Shown here: one piece after another, positions 47,416-59,228 of the stretch
How positions within the stretch are numbered: position 1 is the stretch's first letter
How the letters are laid out: every line of letters begins with the position of its first letter
Assembly (NCBI GenBank): GCA_964560135.1
Contig: CAZLKN010000003.1
Coordinates: forward strand, 51,050 to 115,049
Origin: an uncultured Actinomycetes bacterium
Lineage (GTDB): Bacteria; Actinomycetota; JAICYB01
Direction of reading: 5' to 3'
DNA length: 64,000 nt
Translations under genes and position numbers: made by a program
Notes under the pieces: generated by a model
Seen by the model: only the letters and a program-made list of their open reading frames with translations
Told to the model about the DNA's origin: nothing
Databases searched by the model: none

Positions 47416-48081
47416 ATGAAGCTCTTCCTCGATACGGCCAGGTTCGACCACATCCAGGAGATCAACGCCTGGGGCGTGCTCGACGGGGTGACGACCAACC
47501 CGACGCTGCTCGCCAAGGAGTCCGGCCAGGGCAAGGACTACAAGCAGATGATCAAGGAGATCTCCGCCGAGGTCGAGGGACCCGTTTCGGCGGAGGTCGT
47601 GGCCACCGACACCGACGGGATGCTCACCGAGGCGCACGACCTGGCCCAGATCGCCGGCAACATCTACGTGAAGTTCCCGTGCACCGCTGCGGGCCTGGCA
47701 GCCACGAAGCGCGCACGTGCCGACGGGATCCGGGTTAACATGACATTGGTCTTCTCGCCGGCCCAGGCACTGCTGGCTGCGAAAGCGGGAGCCAACTTCA
47801 TCTCTCCGTTCATCGGACGGATCGACGACATCGCCTCCGGTGGGATGGAGATCCTCGCCCGATGCATCGAGATCGTGAAGCGCTACGACTTCGAGGCGGA
47901 GGTTCTCGCCTCGTCGCTCCGCGGCCCGACGCATGTGGTGGAAGCCGCCGAAATGGGGAGTGACATCGCGACCATGCCATACGAAGTGTTCACCAAGCTT
48001 GTGAAGCATCCGCTCACCGACATCGGTCTGCAGCGGTTCATCGACGACTGGAACGAAGCCCGGGAGGCGCTAGGAGCATGA
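47416..48081 (+). CDS. Transaldolase / fructose-6-phosphate aldolase (short TalC/FSA subfamily)
   Basis: MKLFLDTA...GVTTNP and the Schiff-base lysine region NIYVKFP. AAGGAG RBS before ATG 47416. Confidence 0.85.
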   Translation: MKLFLDTARFDHIQEINAWGVLDGVTTNPTLLAKESGQGKDYKQMIKEISAEVEGPVSAEVVATDTDGMLTEAHDLAQIAGNIYVKFPCTAAGLAATKRARADGIRVNMTLVFSPAQALLAAKAGANFISPFIGRIDDIASGGMEILARCIEIVKRYDFEAEVLASSLRGPTHVVEAAEMGSDIATMPYEVFTKLVKHPLTDIGLQRFIDDWNEAREALGA

Positions 48082-49505
48082 ATGGATCCGGAGGTGGAGG
48101 CGGAGGCGGACGCGGTAGGTCCGGGCAGCGGTCCTCGCGGCGCGGTGGACAGCGGCGCGGCGGGGGCGGAGGGCAGCAACGGCGCCGTCCCGACGTCGAT
48201 CACGGATTCCCCGACGTCGACGCCGAGGTCGACGGCCAGCTCGACGGCGGTCTCGATCGCTCGGAGCTGGAGAACAAGGAGCTCGACGACCTGATGAAGG
48301 TCGGCGAGGAGGTCGGGATCGAGGATCCCGGCTCGCTGACCAAGGACGACCTGGTCAACCAGATCCTGTCCCGCCGGGCCGAAGAGGAGGGGTTCCTCTA
48401 TCGTCGCGGCGTCCTCGACGTCCTGCCCGACGGCTACGGGTTCCTGCGTACCCAGGGCTACCTGCCCAGCGAGGAGGACGTCTACGTTTCGATGTCCCAG
48501 GTCCGTCGCTTCGGCCTGCGCCGCGGCGACGAGGTCTCCGGCATCATCCGGCCCCCGAAGGACTCCGAGAAGTACTACGCGCTCCTGCGCATCGAGAACG
48601 TCAACGGACTCGATCCCGAGGAGGCGCGCAAGCGTCCCTTCTTCGACAAGCTCACCGCGCTCTTCCCGGAGGAGCGGCTGCGTCTCGAGAACGACCCGAA
48701 GGGGTACACGGAGCGCATCTGCGACCTCATCTGCCCGATCGGGAAGGGCCAGCGCGGGATGGTCGTGTCGCCGCCGAAGGCGGGAAAGACCACGATCCTC
48801 AAGCAGATCGCGAACGCGGTGATCGAGAACAACCCCGAGGTGCACGTGATCGTGCTCCTCGTGGACGAGCGTCCGGAGGAGGTCACCGACTGGCGGCGCA
48901 CCGTGAAGGCCGCGGAGGTCGTGGCGTCCACGTTCGACCGTCCGGCCGACGACCACATCCAGATCACCGAGCTCGTGCTCGAGCGGGCCAAGCGGCTCGT
49001 GGAGGGCGGCGTCGACGTGATGGTGCTCTGCGACTCGATCACACGTATGGCTCGTGCCTACAACCTGGCGGCGCCGGCGTCCGGGAAGATCCTGTCCGGT
49101 GGTGTCGACTCCACCGCGCTGTACCCGCCGAAGCGGTTCTTCGGCGCGGCGCGCAACATCGAGGAGGGCGGCTCGTTCACGATCATCGCTTCCTGCCTCG
49201 TGGAGACCGGCTCCCGGATGGACGAGGTCATCTTCGAGGAGTTCAAGGGCACCGGGAACATGGAGGTCCGCCTCGACCGCACACTCGCCGAGAAGCGGCT
49301 GTTCCCGGCGATCAACGTCGAGGGCTCCGGCACCCGTAAGGAGGAGCTGCTCATGGCCTCCGAGGAGCTCCAGCTGGCATGGCGGCTCCGTCGCGTGCTC
49401 CACGCCCTCGACTCGGCCCAGGCCCTCGAGCTGCTGATCGACAAGATGAAGCAGACGAAGTCCAACGCCGAGTTCCTCAAGGAGATCGCGAAGCATCCGA
49501 GCTAG
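48080..49505 (+). CDS. rho: Transcription termination factor Rho (with Gly/Arg-rich N-terminal insertion)
   Basis: RNA-binding domain (DGYGFLR), Walker A (GKGQRGMVVSPPKAGKT) and Q/R loops. The ATG overlaps the tal stop. Confidence 0.9.
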
Positions 49506-49542
49506 GCACCCGCAGGTACACTGCTGACGGAGGCGATGACAC

Positions 49543-49779
49543 GTGAAGACTGAGATCCATCCCGAATACGGCCCCTGCGATGTCCGCTGCGCCTGCGGCG
49601 CGACCTTCGTGACCAAGGCCACCAAGCCGGAGATCCGCGTCGAGGTCTGCTCCGAGTGCCACCCGTTCTACACGGGCAAGCAGAAGTTCGTGGACACCGG
49701 GGGCCGCGTCGACCGCTTCAAGAAGCGGCAGGAGAAGACGGACGCGATCAAGAAGACATCGGCGGCCAAGAAGAAGTAG
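49543..49779 (+). CDS. rpmE: 50S ribosomal protein L31
   Basis: MKTEIHPEY...CACG...[13 protein letters not shown] zinc-ribbon L31 signature. Confidence 0.9.
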   Translation: MKTEIHPEYGPCDVRCACGATFVTKATKPEIRVEVCSECHPFYTGKQKFVDTGGRVDRFKKRQEKTDAIKKTSAAKKK

Positions 49780-49796
49780 CTCCGCCGCCTTTCGCG

Positions 49797-50258
49797 TCAC
49801 ATCCCGGAGGAATCCTCCCTCTGCAGCGCGCTCCCGATCCTGCCGAGCGCGCTGCTCAGCGCCCGGGCCTCGTCCTCTGTGAGGTGCCGGGCGAAGTGCC
49901 GTTGGATCCCCTCCAGGTGTCCGGGGGACTCCTCCCGTAGGCGCCGGCCTCCAGCGTCGGTCAGCGCGGCGAACGTGCCCCGCCGGTCGGTCGGACACGG
50001 CTGCCGCTCGACGAGCCCGGCGGCTTCCATACGGTCGATGAGCCGGGTCACACCGCTCCTGCTCAGCACCAGCCGGTCGGCGAGCTCCTGCATGCGGAGC
50101 GGCACTCCGGCGGCTTCGAGCTGCACCAGCACGTCGTACCAGCTCAACGGCAGCCCGTCCTCCGGGAGATCGTCCTCCAGTGCACGCATGACCGCGGCGT
50201 GCGCCCCGAGGAACGCGCGCCAGGCCTGCATCCGGACCGGCTCGGGTTGTCCGCTCAT
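49797..50258 (-). CDS. MarR-family transcriptional regulator
   Basis: Winged-helix core (MQELADRLVLSRSGVTRLIDRMEAAGLVERQPCPTDRRG). Divergent from the yceI-like gene with an operator-like inverted repeat between them. Confidence 0.8.
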   Translation of the reverse strand: MSGQPEPVRMQAWRAFLGAHAAVMRALEDDLPEDGLPLSWYDVLVQLEAAGVPLRMQELADRLVLSRSGVTRLIDRMEAAGLVERQPCPTDRRGTFAALTDAGGRRLREESPGHLEGIQRHFARHLTEDEARALSSALGRIGSALQREDSSGM

Positions 50259-50287
50259 GTAGTCATTGTACCGCCAACTGTTGACGA

Positions 50288-50327
50288 CGCAACGATATGT
50301 GATATGGTTGCCCAAGCAATCGTTGCG
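50288..50327. promoter_or_regulatory. Perfect 9-bp inverted repeat CGCAACGAT-N22-ATCGTTGCG in the marR/yceI divergent intergenic region (candidate MarR operator)
   Basis: Arms at 50288-50296 and 50319-50327 are exact reverse complements. The 91-bp intergenic region is locally AT-rich, with an AAGGAGG RBS before yceI. Confidence 0.55.
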
Positions 50328-50349
50328 GTAACAACTAAGGAGGTTGGTC

Positions 50350-50922
50350 ATGACGAACGAGCTCGCGGTACGCACGATCGAAGGCATCGAAGCACCGGCT
50401 CCCGGGACCTGGGTGCTGGACCAGGCCCACACCGAGATCGGGTTCGTGGCCCGTCACCTGATGGTGGCCAAGGTCCGGGGACGGTTCGGATCCTTCGAGG
50501 GCACGATCCACGTGGACGAGGACCCGGCGCAGTCCCGGGTCGAGGTGTCCATCGACGCAGCCAGCATCGACACCGGAACCGAGGACCGGGACAACCACCT
50601 GCGGTCTCCGGAGTTCCTCGATGTGGGGAACCACCCGAAGCTGACCTTCCGCGGCCGCGGACCCGCCTCGAACGAAGGCAGGAGGTTCAAGCTGCCGGGG
50701 CAGCTGACGATCCGCGGGGTGACACGTGAGGTCGTCCTGGACGTCACCTACGAGGGTGTGACCGAGGATCCGTGGGGCAACGCCCGGGCGGCCTTCTCGG
50801 CGTCCACCGAGATCGATCGGGAGGAGTTCGGGCTGACCTGGAACCAGGCCCTGGAGACCGGCGGCGTCCTCGTGGGCAACAAAGTCCGGATCGAGCTCGA
50901 CGTCCAGGCCGTCAAGAACTGA
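50350..50922 (+). CDS. YceI-family periplasmic/polyisoprenoid-binding protein
   Basis: WVLDQAHTEIGFVARHLMVAKVRGRF...KLTFR...LTIRGVTREV is the YceI-like signature. AAGGAGG 6 nt upstream of ATG 50350. Confidence 0.8.
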   Translation: MTNELAVRTIEGIEAPAPGTWVLDQAHTEIGFVARHLMVAKVRGRFGSFEGTIHVDEDPAQSRVEVSIDAASIDTGTEDRDNHLRSPEFLDVGNHPKLTFRGRGPASNEGRRFKLPGQLTIRGVTREVVLDVTYEGVTEDPWGNARAAFSASTEIDREEFGLTWNQALETGGVLVGNKVRIELDVQAVKN

Positions 50923-50925
50923 CCG

Positions 50926-50976
50926 CCGCGGCCGGTGACGCCGGGTCCTCCCGGGGACCGGCGTCACCGGCCGCGG
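50926..50976. terminator. Very stable hairpin (roughly 23-bp stem) 4 nt after the yceI stop; terminator-like but without a U-tract
   Basis: CCGCGGCCGGTGACGCCGG...CCGGCGTCACCGGCCGCGG: 19-nt perfect reverse-complement arms, extended by GGTCC/GGACC around a 5-nt loop. Confidence 0.5.
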
Positions 50977-50989
50977 ATACACTGCGGGC

Positions 50990-51901
50990 GTGGACGCGCA
51001 GATCCTGTTCGATAAGCTCGGCGGCGGTGAGGCGGCAGGCCTCCCGCACCTCCACAGCGAGGTGTCGCGGACCGACGCGGGCACGCCCTACCTGCGGCAC
51101 GCCGGGGTGGCGATGATCGCCCGGCCGCAGGTGTCGACCGAGGGGATGCGCGAGTTCCTGGAAGGCTTCGACTCCGACCTCGGCTTCCCGGGCTACCTCG
51201 ACGACCCCACGGAGCTCACGCCGGGGGCCGCGCTGCTGAAGGCGGCCGGACAGACCTGCTACGCCTCCTTCGGTCCCAAGCGCACCTACAACGAGAACGC
51301 CCAGCGGTACTTCGACAACCTGTCGTCGTCCGGGCACGGCTCGGTGTACGAGCACGCATGCTTCTCGTTCCTCTGCTACGGGATCTCGCGGTCGAACACC
51401 CACGAGGTGATCCGGCACCGGGCCGGGACGGCCTACTCGCAGCTGTCGCAGCGGTACGTGTCCGGGAAGGTGCTGCGGTTCGTGGAGCGTCCCGAGTACC
51501 AGGAGGTGCCGGCGCTGCATGCCCGGTTCTGCGAGCGGATCGACACGGCGTACCGCGAGTACCACGAGGTCGCCGACGAGCTGCTCGCGCTCCAGCACGA
51601 GGGTCACACCCCTCTGCAGGCCGAGGCCCGCACCGATCTGCGCAAGCGGGTGCAGCAGACGGCCCGATCGGTGCTCCCCAACGAGACTGAGACGATCCTG
51701 GTCATGACCGGCAACGTCCGGGCCTGGCGGCACATGATCGAGATGCGTACCGACGAGCACGCCGAGACCGAGATCCGCGACCTGTTCTTCCGGATCTTCC
51801 TGTGCCTGCGGTCCGCCGAACCGTTGCTGTTCAACGACTACGGCATCGAGGCCTATCCCGATGGCACGTTCGGCGCCCGCACCACGTGGCGCAAGGTCTG
51901 A
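50990..51901 (+). CDS. thyX: FAD-dependent thymidylate synthase ThyX
   Basis: ThyX motif RHRAGTAYSQLSQRY (RHR-x7-S). GTG start; the N-terminal region is atypically long. Confidence 0.8.
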   Translation: MDAQILFDKLGGGEAAGLPHLHSEVSRTDAGTPYLRHAGVAMIARPQVSTEGMREFLEGFDSDLGFPGYLDDPTELTPGAALLKAAGQTCYASFGPKRTYNENAQRYFDNLSSSGHGSVYEHACFSFLCYGISRSNTHEVIRHRAGTAYSQLSQRYVSGKVLRFVERPEYQEVPALHARFCERIDTAYREYHEVADELLALQHEGHTPLQAEARTDLRKRVQQTARSVLPNETETILVMTGNVRAWRHMIEMRTDEHAETEIRDLFFRIFLCLRSAEPLLFNDYGIEAYPDGTFGARTTWRKV

Positions 51902-51910
51902 CGCTGCCCC

Positions 51911-52780
51911 ATGCCGGAGCGCCTGACCTCGCTGCAGCTCGGGGGCCAGGCGGTCCTCGAGGGCGTGATGATGCGCTCGCCGCGCTGGTGGACGGTGGCC
52001 GTCCGGCGGCCCGACGGGTCGATCCACCTCGAATCCCACCCTCTGGAGGGACGAGCGTCGCGCAGCTTCCTGCGGCGCACCCCGCTGCGGGGAGCGGCGG
52101 CGCTGGCCGACGCGATGGGGGTGGCGGTCAGGGCGCTGGCGATCTCGGCCCGCGAGTCGTCGCCGGAATCCGAGCAGTCCATCGAGCCCGGACACGTGGG
52201 CAAAGCGCTGCTGGGGATCCTGGCGTTCTTCGTCCTGCTGTTCGTGATCGTGCCGGCGCTGGCGGTGCCGGGCGACGACCAGCGGCTGGTCCGGAACCTG
52301 CTGGAGGGCCTCGTCCGGTTCGGGGTTTTCGCGGGGTACATCGCGGCCATCTCCCGCATGAAGGAGACGAGCCGGGTCTTCGGGTACCACGGCGCGGAAC
52401 ACAAGGCGATCGCAGCCTGGGAGGCGGGGGAACCGCTCACCCACGACGGGGTGCGGCGCTTCTCGACGGTGCACGTCCGCTGCGGGACGAACTTCCTCTG
52501 GCTCGTGATGTTCGTCGCCCTCGTGGCCTTCCTGCCGCTGCCGCGCGACCCACTGTGGTGGCGGCTGGTCCTGCGGGTCCTGCTGGTGCCCGTCGTCGCC
52601 GCGGCGGCCTACGAGCTGCTGCGGCTCAGCGCCCGGTTCGCAGGCTCTGCGCCGGTGCGACTGCTCACCTGGCCCGGACGCCTGCTCCAGCGGGTCACGA
52701 CCAAGGAGCCGGGCCCCGACCAGGTCGAGGTGGCACTGAGCGCGCTGAGCGAGCTGCTCGCCCGCGAGGACGCCACCTGA
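51911..52780 (+). CDS. DUF1385-family membrane protein
   Basis: QAVLEGVMMRS N-terminus, the FGYHGAEHKAIAAWEAGEPL motif and TM helices typical of DUF1385/YqhQ. Confidence 0.75.
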   Translation: MPERLTSLQLGGQAVLEGVMMRSPRWWTVAVRRPDGSIHLESHPLEGRASRSFLRRTPLRGAAALADAMGVAVRALAISARESSPESEQSIEPGHVGKALLGILAFFVLLFVIVPALAVPGDDQRLVRNLLEGLVRFGVFAGYIAAISRMKETSRVFGYHGAEHKAIAAWEAGEPLTHDGVRRFSTVHVRCGTNFLWLVMFVALVAFLPLPRDPLWWRLVLRVLLVPVVAAAAYELLRLSARFAGSAPVRLLTWPGRLLQRVTTKEPGPDQVEVALSALSELLAREDAT

Positions 52781-52806
52781 TATACCCCCCTGGGGTATAG
52801 TGGCGG
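52771..52806. promoter_or_regulatory. CsoR-type operator-like GC-rich palindrome immediately upstream of copA
   Basis: TATACCCC-CCT-GGGGTATA (52781-52799) nested in CGCCAC...GTGGCG. It resembles the Streptomyces/Mycobacterium CsoR operators (ATATACCCC..GGGGTATAT) and ends 2 nt before the copA ATG region. Confidence 0.6.
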
Positions 52807-52807
52807 C

Positions 52808-55045
<2,238 letters not shown>

Positions 55046-55063
55046 CGCCGGTATCCTGGGTGG

Positions 55064-56146
55064 ATGGACGCCGCGCTGATCTCCCGTCTCGAGCAGATGA
55101 AGGCCGAGCATGCCGACCTGATGGCACAGCTCGGCCAGCCCGAGGTCGCCGCCGACCACCAGCGCTACGCGGAGCTCGCCAAGCGCGCGAGCGAGCTCGA
55201 GGAGATCGTCCGGACCGCCGGCGAGCTGCGCGCGGCCGAGGAGGAGGCCGCCGAGGCCCGGGAGCTGCTGACCGGCTCCTCGGCCCCCGACGAGCAGGAG
55301 TTCTACCGCACAACGCTGGAGGACGCGCTGGCCCGGGCGCAGCGCCTCGACGCCCGCATGGTCGACCTCCTGACACCGCGTGATCCACGCGACGAGCGCA
55401 ACGTGATCGTCGAGATCCGCGCCGGCGTGGGCGGGGACGAGGCGGCGCTGTTCGCCGGTGATCTGATGCGGATGTACCAGCGCTTCGCCGAGCGCCAGGG
55501 CTGGCGCACCGAGACCCTCGACGTCTCCGAGAACCCCGTGGGCGGCTTCCGTGAGGTCGTCTTCGAGGTGCGGGGGAAGGGCGCGTTCTCGCGCCTCAAG
55601 CACGAGTCGGGCGTCCACCGCGTGCAGCGGGTGCCGGAGACGGAGTCCTCGGGACGGATCCACACCTCCACGGCCACCGTGGCCGTCCTCGCCGAGGCCG
55701 ACGAGGTGAAGGTCGACATCGACGACGACGATCTGAAGGTCGACACCTATCGCTCGTCCGGGCCGGGCGGCCAGCACGTGAACACCACCGACTCGGCCGT
55801 CCGCATCACCCACCTGCCCTCGGGGATCGTGGTCGCCTGCCAGTCCGAGCGGTCGCAGCGCCAGAACCGGGAGCGGGCGATGAAGATCCTGGGGGCCAAG
55901 CTCCAGGAGCGCGCGGAGGCCGAGGCTCACGCCGAGCTCGCCGCCGCCCGCAAGTCCCAGGTCGGCACCGGCGACCGTTCCGACAAGATCCGCACCTACA
56001 ACTTCCCGCAGAACCGGGTCACCGATCACCGGATCGGGTTCAGCGCCCACGGCATCGAGCAGATCCTGGACGGCGACGTCGACGATCTGGTGGAGGCGCT
56101 CGCGAGCGCCGAGCGGCATCGCGACGACGGTGAGGCCGCAGGCTGA
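55064..56146 (+). CDS. prfA: Peptide chain release factor 1
   Basis: GGQ motif (SSGPGGQHVNTTDSAVRITHLPSG) and the RF1-type PxT region (PETESSGRIHTSTATV). Confidence 0.9.
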   Translation: MDAALISRLEQMKAEHADLMAQLGQPEVAADHQRYAELAKRASELEEIVRTAGELRAAEEEAAEARELLTGSSAPDEQEFYRTTLEDALARAQRLDARMVDLLTPRDPRDERNVIVEIRAGVGGDEAALFAGDLMRMYQRFAERQGWRTETLDVSENPVGGFREVVFEVRGKGAFSRLKHESGVHRVQRVPETESSGRIHTSTATVAVLAEADEVKVDIDDDDLKVDTYRSSGPGGQHVNTTDSAVRITHLPSGIVVACQSERSQRQNRERAMKILGAKLQERAEAEAHAELAAARKSQVGTGDRSDKIRTYNFPQNRVTDHRIGFSAHGIEQILDGDVDDLVEALASAERHRDDGEAAG

Positions 56147-56999
56147 GGACGCCGCCTCCACGGTGGCCGACCGGGTCCGGGCCGCCACCGAGGCGCTCCG
56201 GGACGCCGGGGTCGAGACGCCACGCCCGGAGGCCGAGCACCTCACGGCCCATGCGCTGGGTATCCGCTGGAGCGAGCTGTGGGCCCGCCTCCGCGACCCG
56301 ATGCCGGCCGAGGCCGCCGCGCGTCTCGAGGAGCTGACTGCCCGGCGGGCGGGCGGCGACCCGCTGGCCTACGTCCTCGGCAGCGCCGTGTTCTACGGAA
56401 TCGAGCTCGCCTGCGGTCCCGGCGTCCTCGTGCCGCGTCCGGAGACCGAGAGCCTCGTGGACCAGGTGCTGGAGCTGCTGTCCGGCCGTCCCGCGCTGGT
56501 GGTGGACGTCGGCTGCGGGACGGGTGCGATCGCGCTGGCGGTGGCGCGGCACCGTCCGTCCGACGACGTGCACGCCACGGAGTGCTCACCCGGGGCGCTG
56601 CGGTGGGCGAGGACGAACATCGAGCGGACGGGGCTCGGCGTCCGGCTGTGGGAGGGCGACCTCTTCGGCCCCCTGCCGGAGATGCTCCGGGGAGGTGTGG
56701 ACGTGGTCGTCTCCAACCCGCCCTATATCCCGCAGGGACGCAGCGACCTCGTGGCCTCCGACGTCCACGCCGAGCCGACCGAGGCGCTGTACGCCGGGCC
56801 CACCGGCGACGAGGTCCTCGAGCGGCTCGTCGCCGAGTCGCCGGGATGGCTGCGCCCCGACGGTGCGCTCGTCTGCGAGATCGGCACGCCGGAGCAGGCC
56901 GCCCGCCTCACAGAGCGCCTGTCGGCGTGGGACGGGCACGGGACCCGCGACGACCACACCGGACGTGTCCGTGTGGTCTGGGGGCGGGGGGCGCCGTGA
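56130..56999 (+). CDS. prmC: Release factor glutamine N5-methyltransferase PrmC/HemK
   Basis: SAM motif VVDVGCGTGAI and catalytic VVSNPPYIP. Overlaps the prfA 3' end. Confidence 0.85.
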   Translation: MRPQAEDAASTVADRVRAATEALRDAGVETPRPEAEHLTAHALGIRWSELWARLRDPMPAEAAARLEELTARRAGGDPLAYVLGSAVFYGIELACGPGVLVPRPETESLVDQVLELLSGRPALVVDVGCGTGAIALAVARHRPSDDVHATECSPGALRWARTNIERTGLGVRLWEGDLFGPLPEMLRGGVDVVVSNPPYIPQGRSDLVASDVHAEPTEALYAGPTGDEVLERLVAESPGWLRPDGALVCEIGTPEQAARLTERLSAWDGHGTRDDHTGRVRVVWGRGAP

Positions 57000-57047
57000 G
57001 CTCCGGGCGGGATGGTAGACTTCCTGCGCCCGAACACACGGAAACCC

Positions 57048-57680
57048 ATGTCCTCGACCCAACACTTCAAACTCCTCTACGTCTGCTCCGGGAACACCGC
57101 CCGCAGCCCGCTGGCCGCGGCGTGCACCCGGAGCATCGTCGCCTCCAACGGCGACGGCGACGTCCGTTGGGTCGTATCCTCTGCGGGCACGCAGGTCGTC
57201 GACGGCGATCCCGTGCGGCCCGAGATCCTGCGGGTGACCAACGGCTTCGGCGTCGACCTGTCCGGGCACCAGCCGGTGGTCCTCACCGAGCAGCTCTGCC
57301 GGGACTCCGATCTGGTCCTCGGGATGTCCTGGGACCAGGTGTCGCACATCTGGAGTCTCGTCCCCGACGCCTGGGGCCGCTGCTTCACCGTGAAAGAGTT
57401 CGTCCACTGGGCCAAGCAGGCACCCGGACGGCCCCCGATCCTCTTCCCCAACAGGGTCGAGGCGATCAGGGACAAGGTCTCGCAGGCCCATGCCGTACGC
57501 CAGCGGGCCCGCGCCGATCACGGCTTCTGGGGCGGACTGCGCCCCCAGGACCTGAACCTCGTCGAACCGGACGGGAAGGGGGACGCGGCGTGGCGGAACC
57601 TGGCGCAGGCCGTCCGCGTGCTGGTGACGGACGCGGTCCGGCTCCTGGACGGCCCCGGGGTCGCCTCGGGCGCCCGCTGA
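57048..57680 (+). CDS. Low-molecular-weight phosphotyrosine-phosphatase/arsenate-reductase-fold protein
   Basis: P-loop CX5R (LYVCSGNTARSPLAA), about 210 aa. The start at ATG 57048 is preferred over the track start 57012. Confidence 0.65.
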   Translation: MSSTQHFKLLYVCSGNTARSPLAAACTRSIVASNGDGDVRWVVSSAGTQVVDGDPVRPEILRVTNGFGVDLSGHQPVVLTEQLCRDSDLVLGMSWDQVSHIWSLVPDAWGRCFTVKEFVHWAKQAPGRPPILFPNRVEAIRDKVSQAHAVRQRARADHGFWGGLRPQDLNLVEPDGKGDAAWRNLAQAVRVLVTDAVRLLDGPGVASGAR

Positions 57681-57702
57681 TCCTGAGGCGGGGGGCGCGG
57701 CT

Positions 57703-58863
57703 GTGACCCCGTACCTGGTCGTCGGTGCGGTCGCCGCCGCGGTGGCCTACCTGCTCACCCCGGTGGTCCGCCGGCTGGCGCTGCGCATCGGCGCGCTCGA
57801 CGTCCCCAAGGACCGCAAGGTCCACCACGCCCCGACCCCGACGCTCGGGGGCCTGGGCATCTACGTGGCGTTCGCCGTGGGGTTCGCGGTGGCGCTGGCG
57901 TTCCCGTCCCTGCGGGCGGCATTCCGTTTCAGCGAGGTCTTCGGTCTCGTGGTCGGTGGATTCGTCCCGCTGGCCCTCGGCATGGCCGACGACCGGCACG
58001 AGCTCGCGGCGCCCGTGAAGCTGGCGGGCCAGATCTTCGCCGGCGGGATCCTGTACCTGTCCGGCGTGCACATGTCGTTCTTCTGGCTGCCGGGGATGGG
58101 GGTCCTGTCGCTGTCCCCGGACGTCTCGGCGATCCTGACGATCCTGTGGATCGTGCTGCTGATGAACGCCGTGAACTTCATCGACGGCCTCGACGGCCTC
58201 GCCGCCGGCATGACGGCGATCGCTGCCGGGGCGCTGTTCGTCTACTCGACCCGCCTCCCGGCCGAGTTCCTCGGACCCGACCCACTGGCCCCTTTGGTGG
58301 CGGCGGCGCTGGTCGGCGCGTGCCTCGGGTTCCTGCCGCACAACTTCAACCCGGCGAAGATCTTCATGGGTGACTCGGGGGCGATGCCGCTGGGCTACCT
58401 GCTGGCGGGGGCCACGATCTCGATGATCGGACGCTTCAGCGGGCCCGGTGCCGCCGGGGGCCGGCTGGCCCTGCCCCTGGTGCTGACGCCGATCGTGTTC
58501 CTGGCTCTGCCGATCACCGATCTGCTGTTTGCGGTGGTGCGCCGCGTGGCCACGGGCCGGCCGATCTACACGCCGGACAAGGAGCACATCCACCATCGCC
58601 TCCTGCGGCTCGGCCACACCCATCGCCAGGCGGTGCTGCTGATGTACGGCTGGGCGCTGCTGCTCGCCGGGGGCCTGGTGGTGGCCGGTGTGATGCCCTG
58701 GGGCCGCTTCCTGCTCGCCTTCGCGGTGGCCGGGGGCACGGTGGCCCTGCTCACGGTGGCACCCCGCCTGCGGGGCCTCAACGGCAACGGGGAGGCCGCG
58801 GAGCCGACCGCGCCGGCACCGGCCGCTCTGCCCGTCCGGGGGCCGAGCGACGCCGGGGGCTGA
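57703..58863 (+). CDS. wecA: UDP-GlcNAc:undecaprenyl/decaprenyl-phosphate GlcNAc-1-phosphate transferase (WecA/Rfe, MraY-like GT4 family)
   Basis: DVPKDRKVHHAPTPTLGGLGIY, NAVNFIDGLDGLAAG and FMGDSGAMPLG motifs. Confidence 0.85.
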   Translation: MTPYLVVGAVAAAVAYLLTPVVRRLALRIGALDVPKDRKVHHAPTPTLGGLGIYVAFAVGFAVALAFPSLRAAFRFSEVFGLVVGGFVPLALGMADDRHELAAPVKLAGQIFAGGILYLSGVHMSFFWLPGMGVLSLSPDVSAILTILWIVLLMNAVNFIDGLDGLAAGMTAIAAGALFVYSTRLPAEFLGPDPLAPLVAAALVGACLGFLPHNFNPAKIFMGDSGAMPLGYLLAGATISMIGRFSGPGAAGGRLALPLVLTPIVFLALPITDLLFAVVRRVATGRPIYTPDKEHIHHRLLRLGHTHRQAVLLMYGWALLLAGGLVVAGVMPWGRFLLAFAVAGGTVALLTVAPRLRGLNGNGEAAEPTAPAPAALPVRGPSDAGG

Positions 58864-58890
58864 GCCCACGCCGGGCTTTGCCTGCGGGGT

Positions 58891-59027
58891 GACCCCCTGG
58901 GGGACGACGTTGTACGGATCGGGGGAGAAGTCGATCTACGTTGTCCCCTGGGGGGTGCTGTGGACCCCTTGGAGGACGACGTTGGCCGTCATCTGTGCGT
59001 TTGGAGGCAACGTCGTCCGTGGAGGGG
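58891..59027. repeat. Second cluster of four alternating-orientation copies of the CCCCYTGGRGGACGACGTYG repeat, between wecA and the atp operon
   Basis: Units CCCCCTGGGGGACGACGTTG (+), CTACGTTGTCCCCTGGGGGG (-, GACAACGT variant), CCCCTTGGAGGACGACGTTGGCC (+) and GGAGGCAACGTCGTCCGTGGAGGGG (-). The same family occurs at 3566..3705. Confidence 0.7.
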
Positions 59028-59228
59028 CTGAGCCGCCGGCCCCCGGATCCTCGGATTGGCAATCTTGCCCGGGGACCGGTATAGTTCGTGCAAGAATTCA
59101 CAAAGTCGACGTGGGCCCCCGAGGAGTCCGTTGTGGCCACCAGCAGCGAACCGGTTCGACACCCCGGAAACCCCTCAACTAGTATCCGTAGCGCCTTGGT
59201 CCCCTCCCGCCGACCCCGACAGCAGCTC

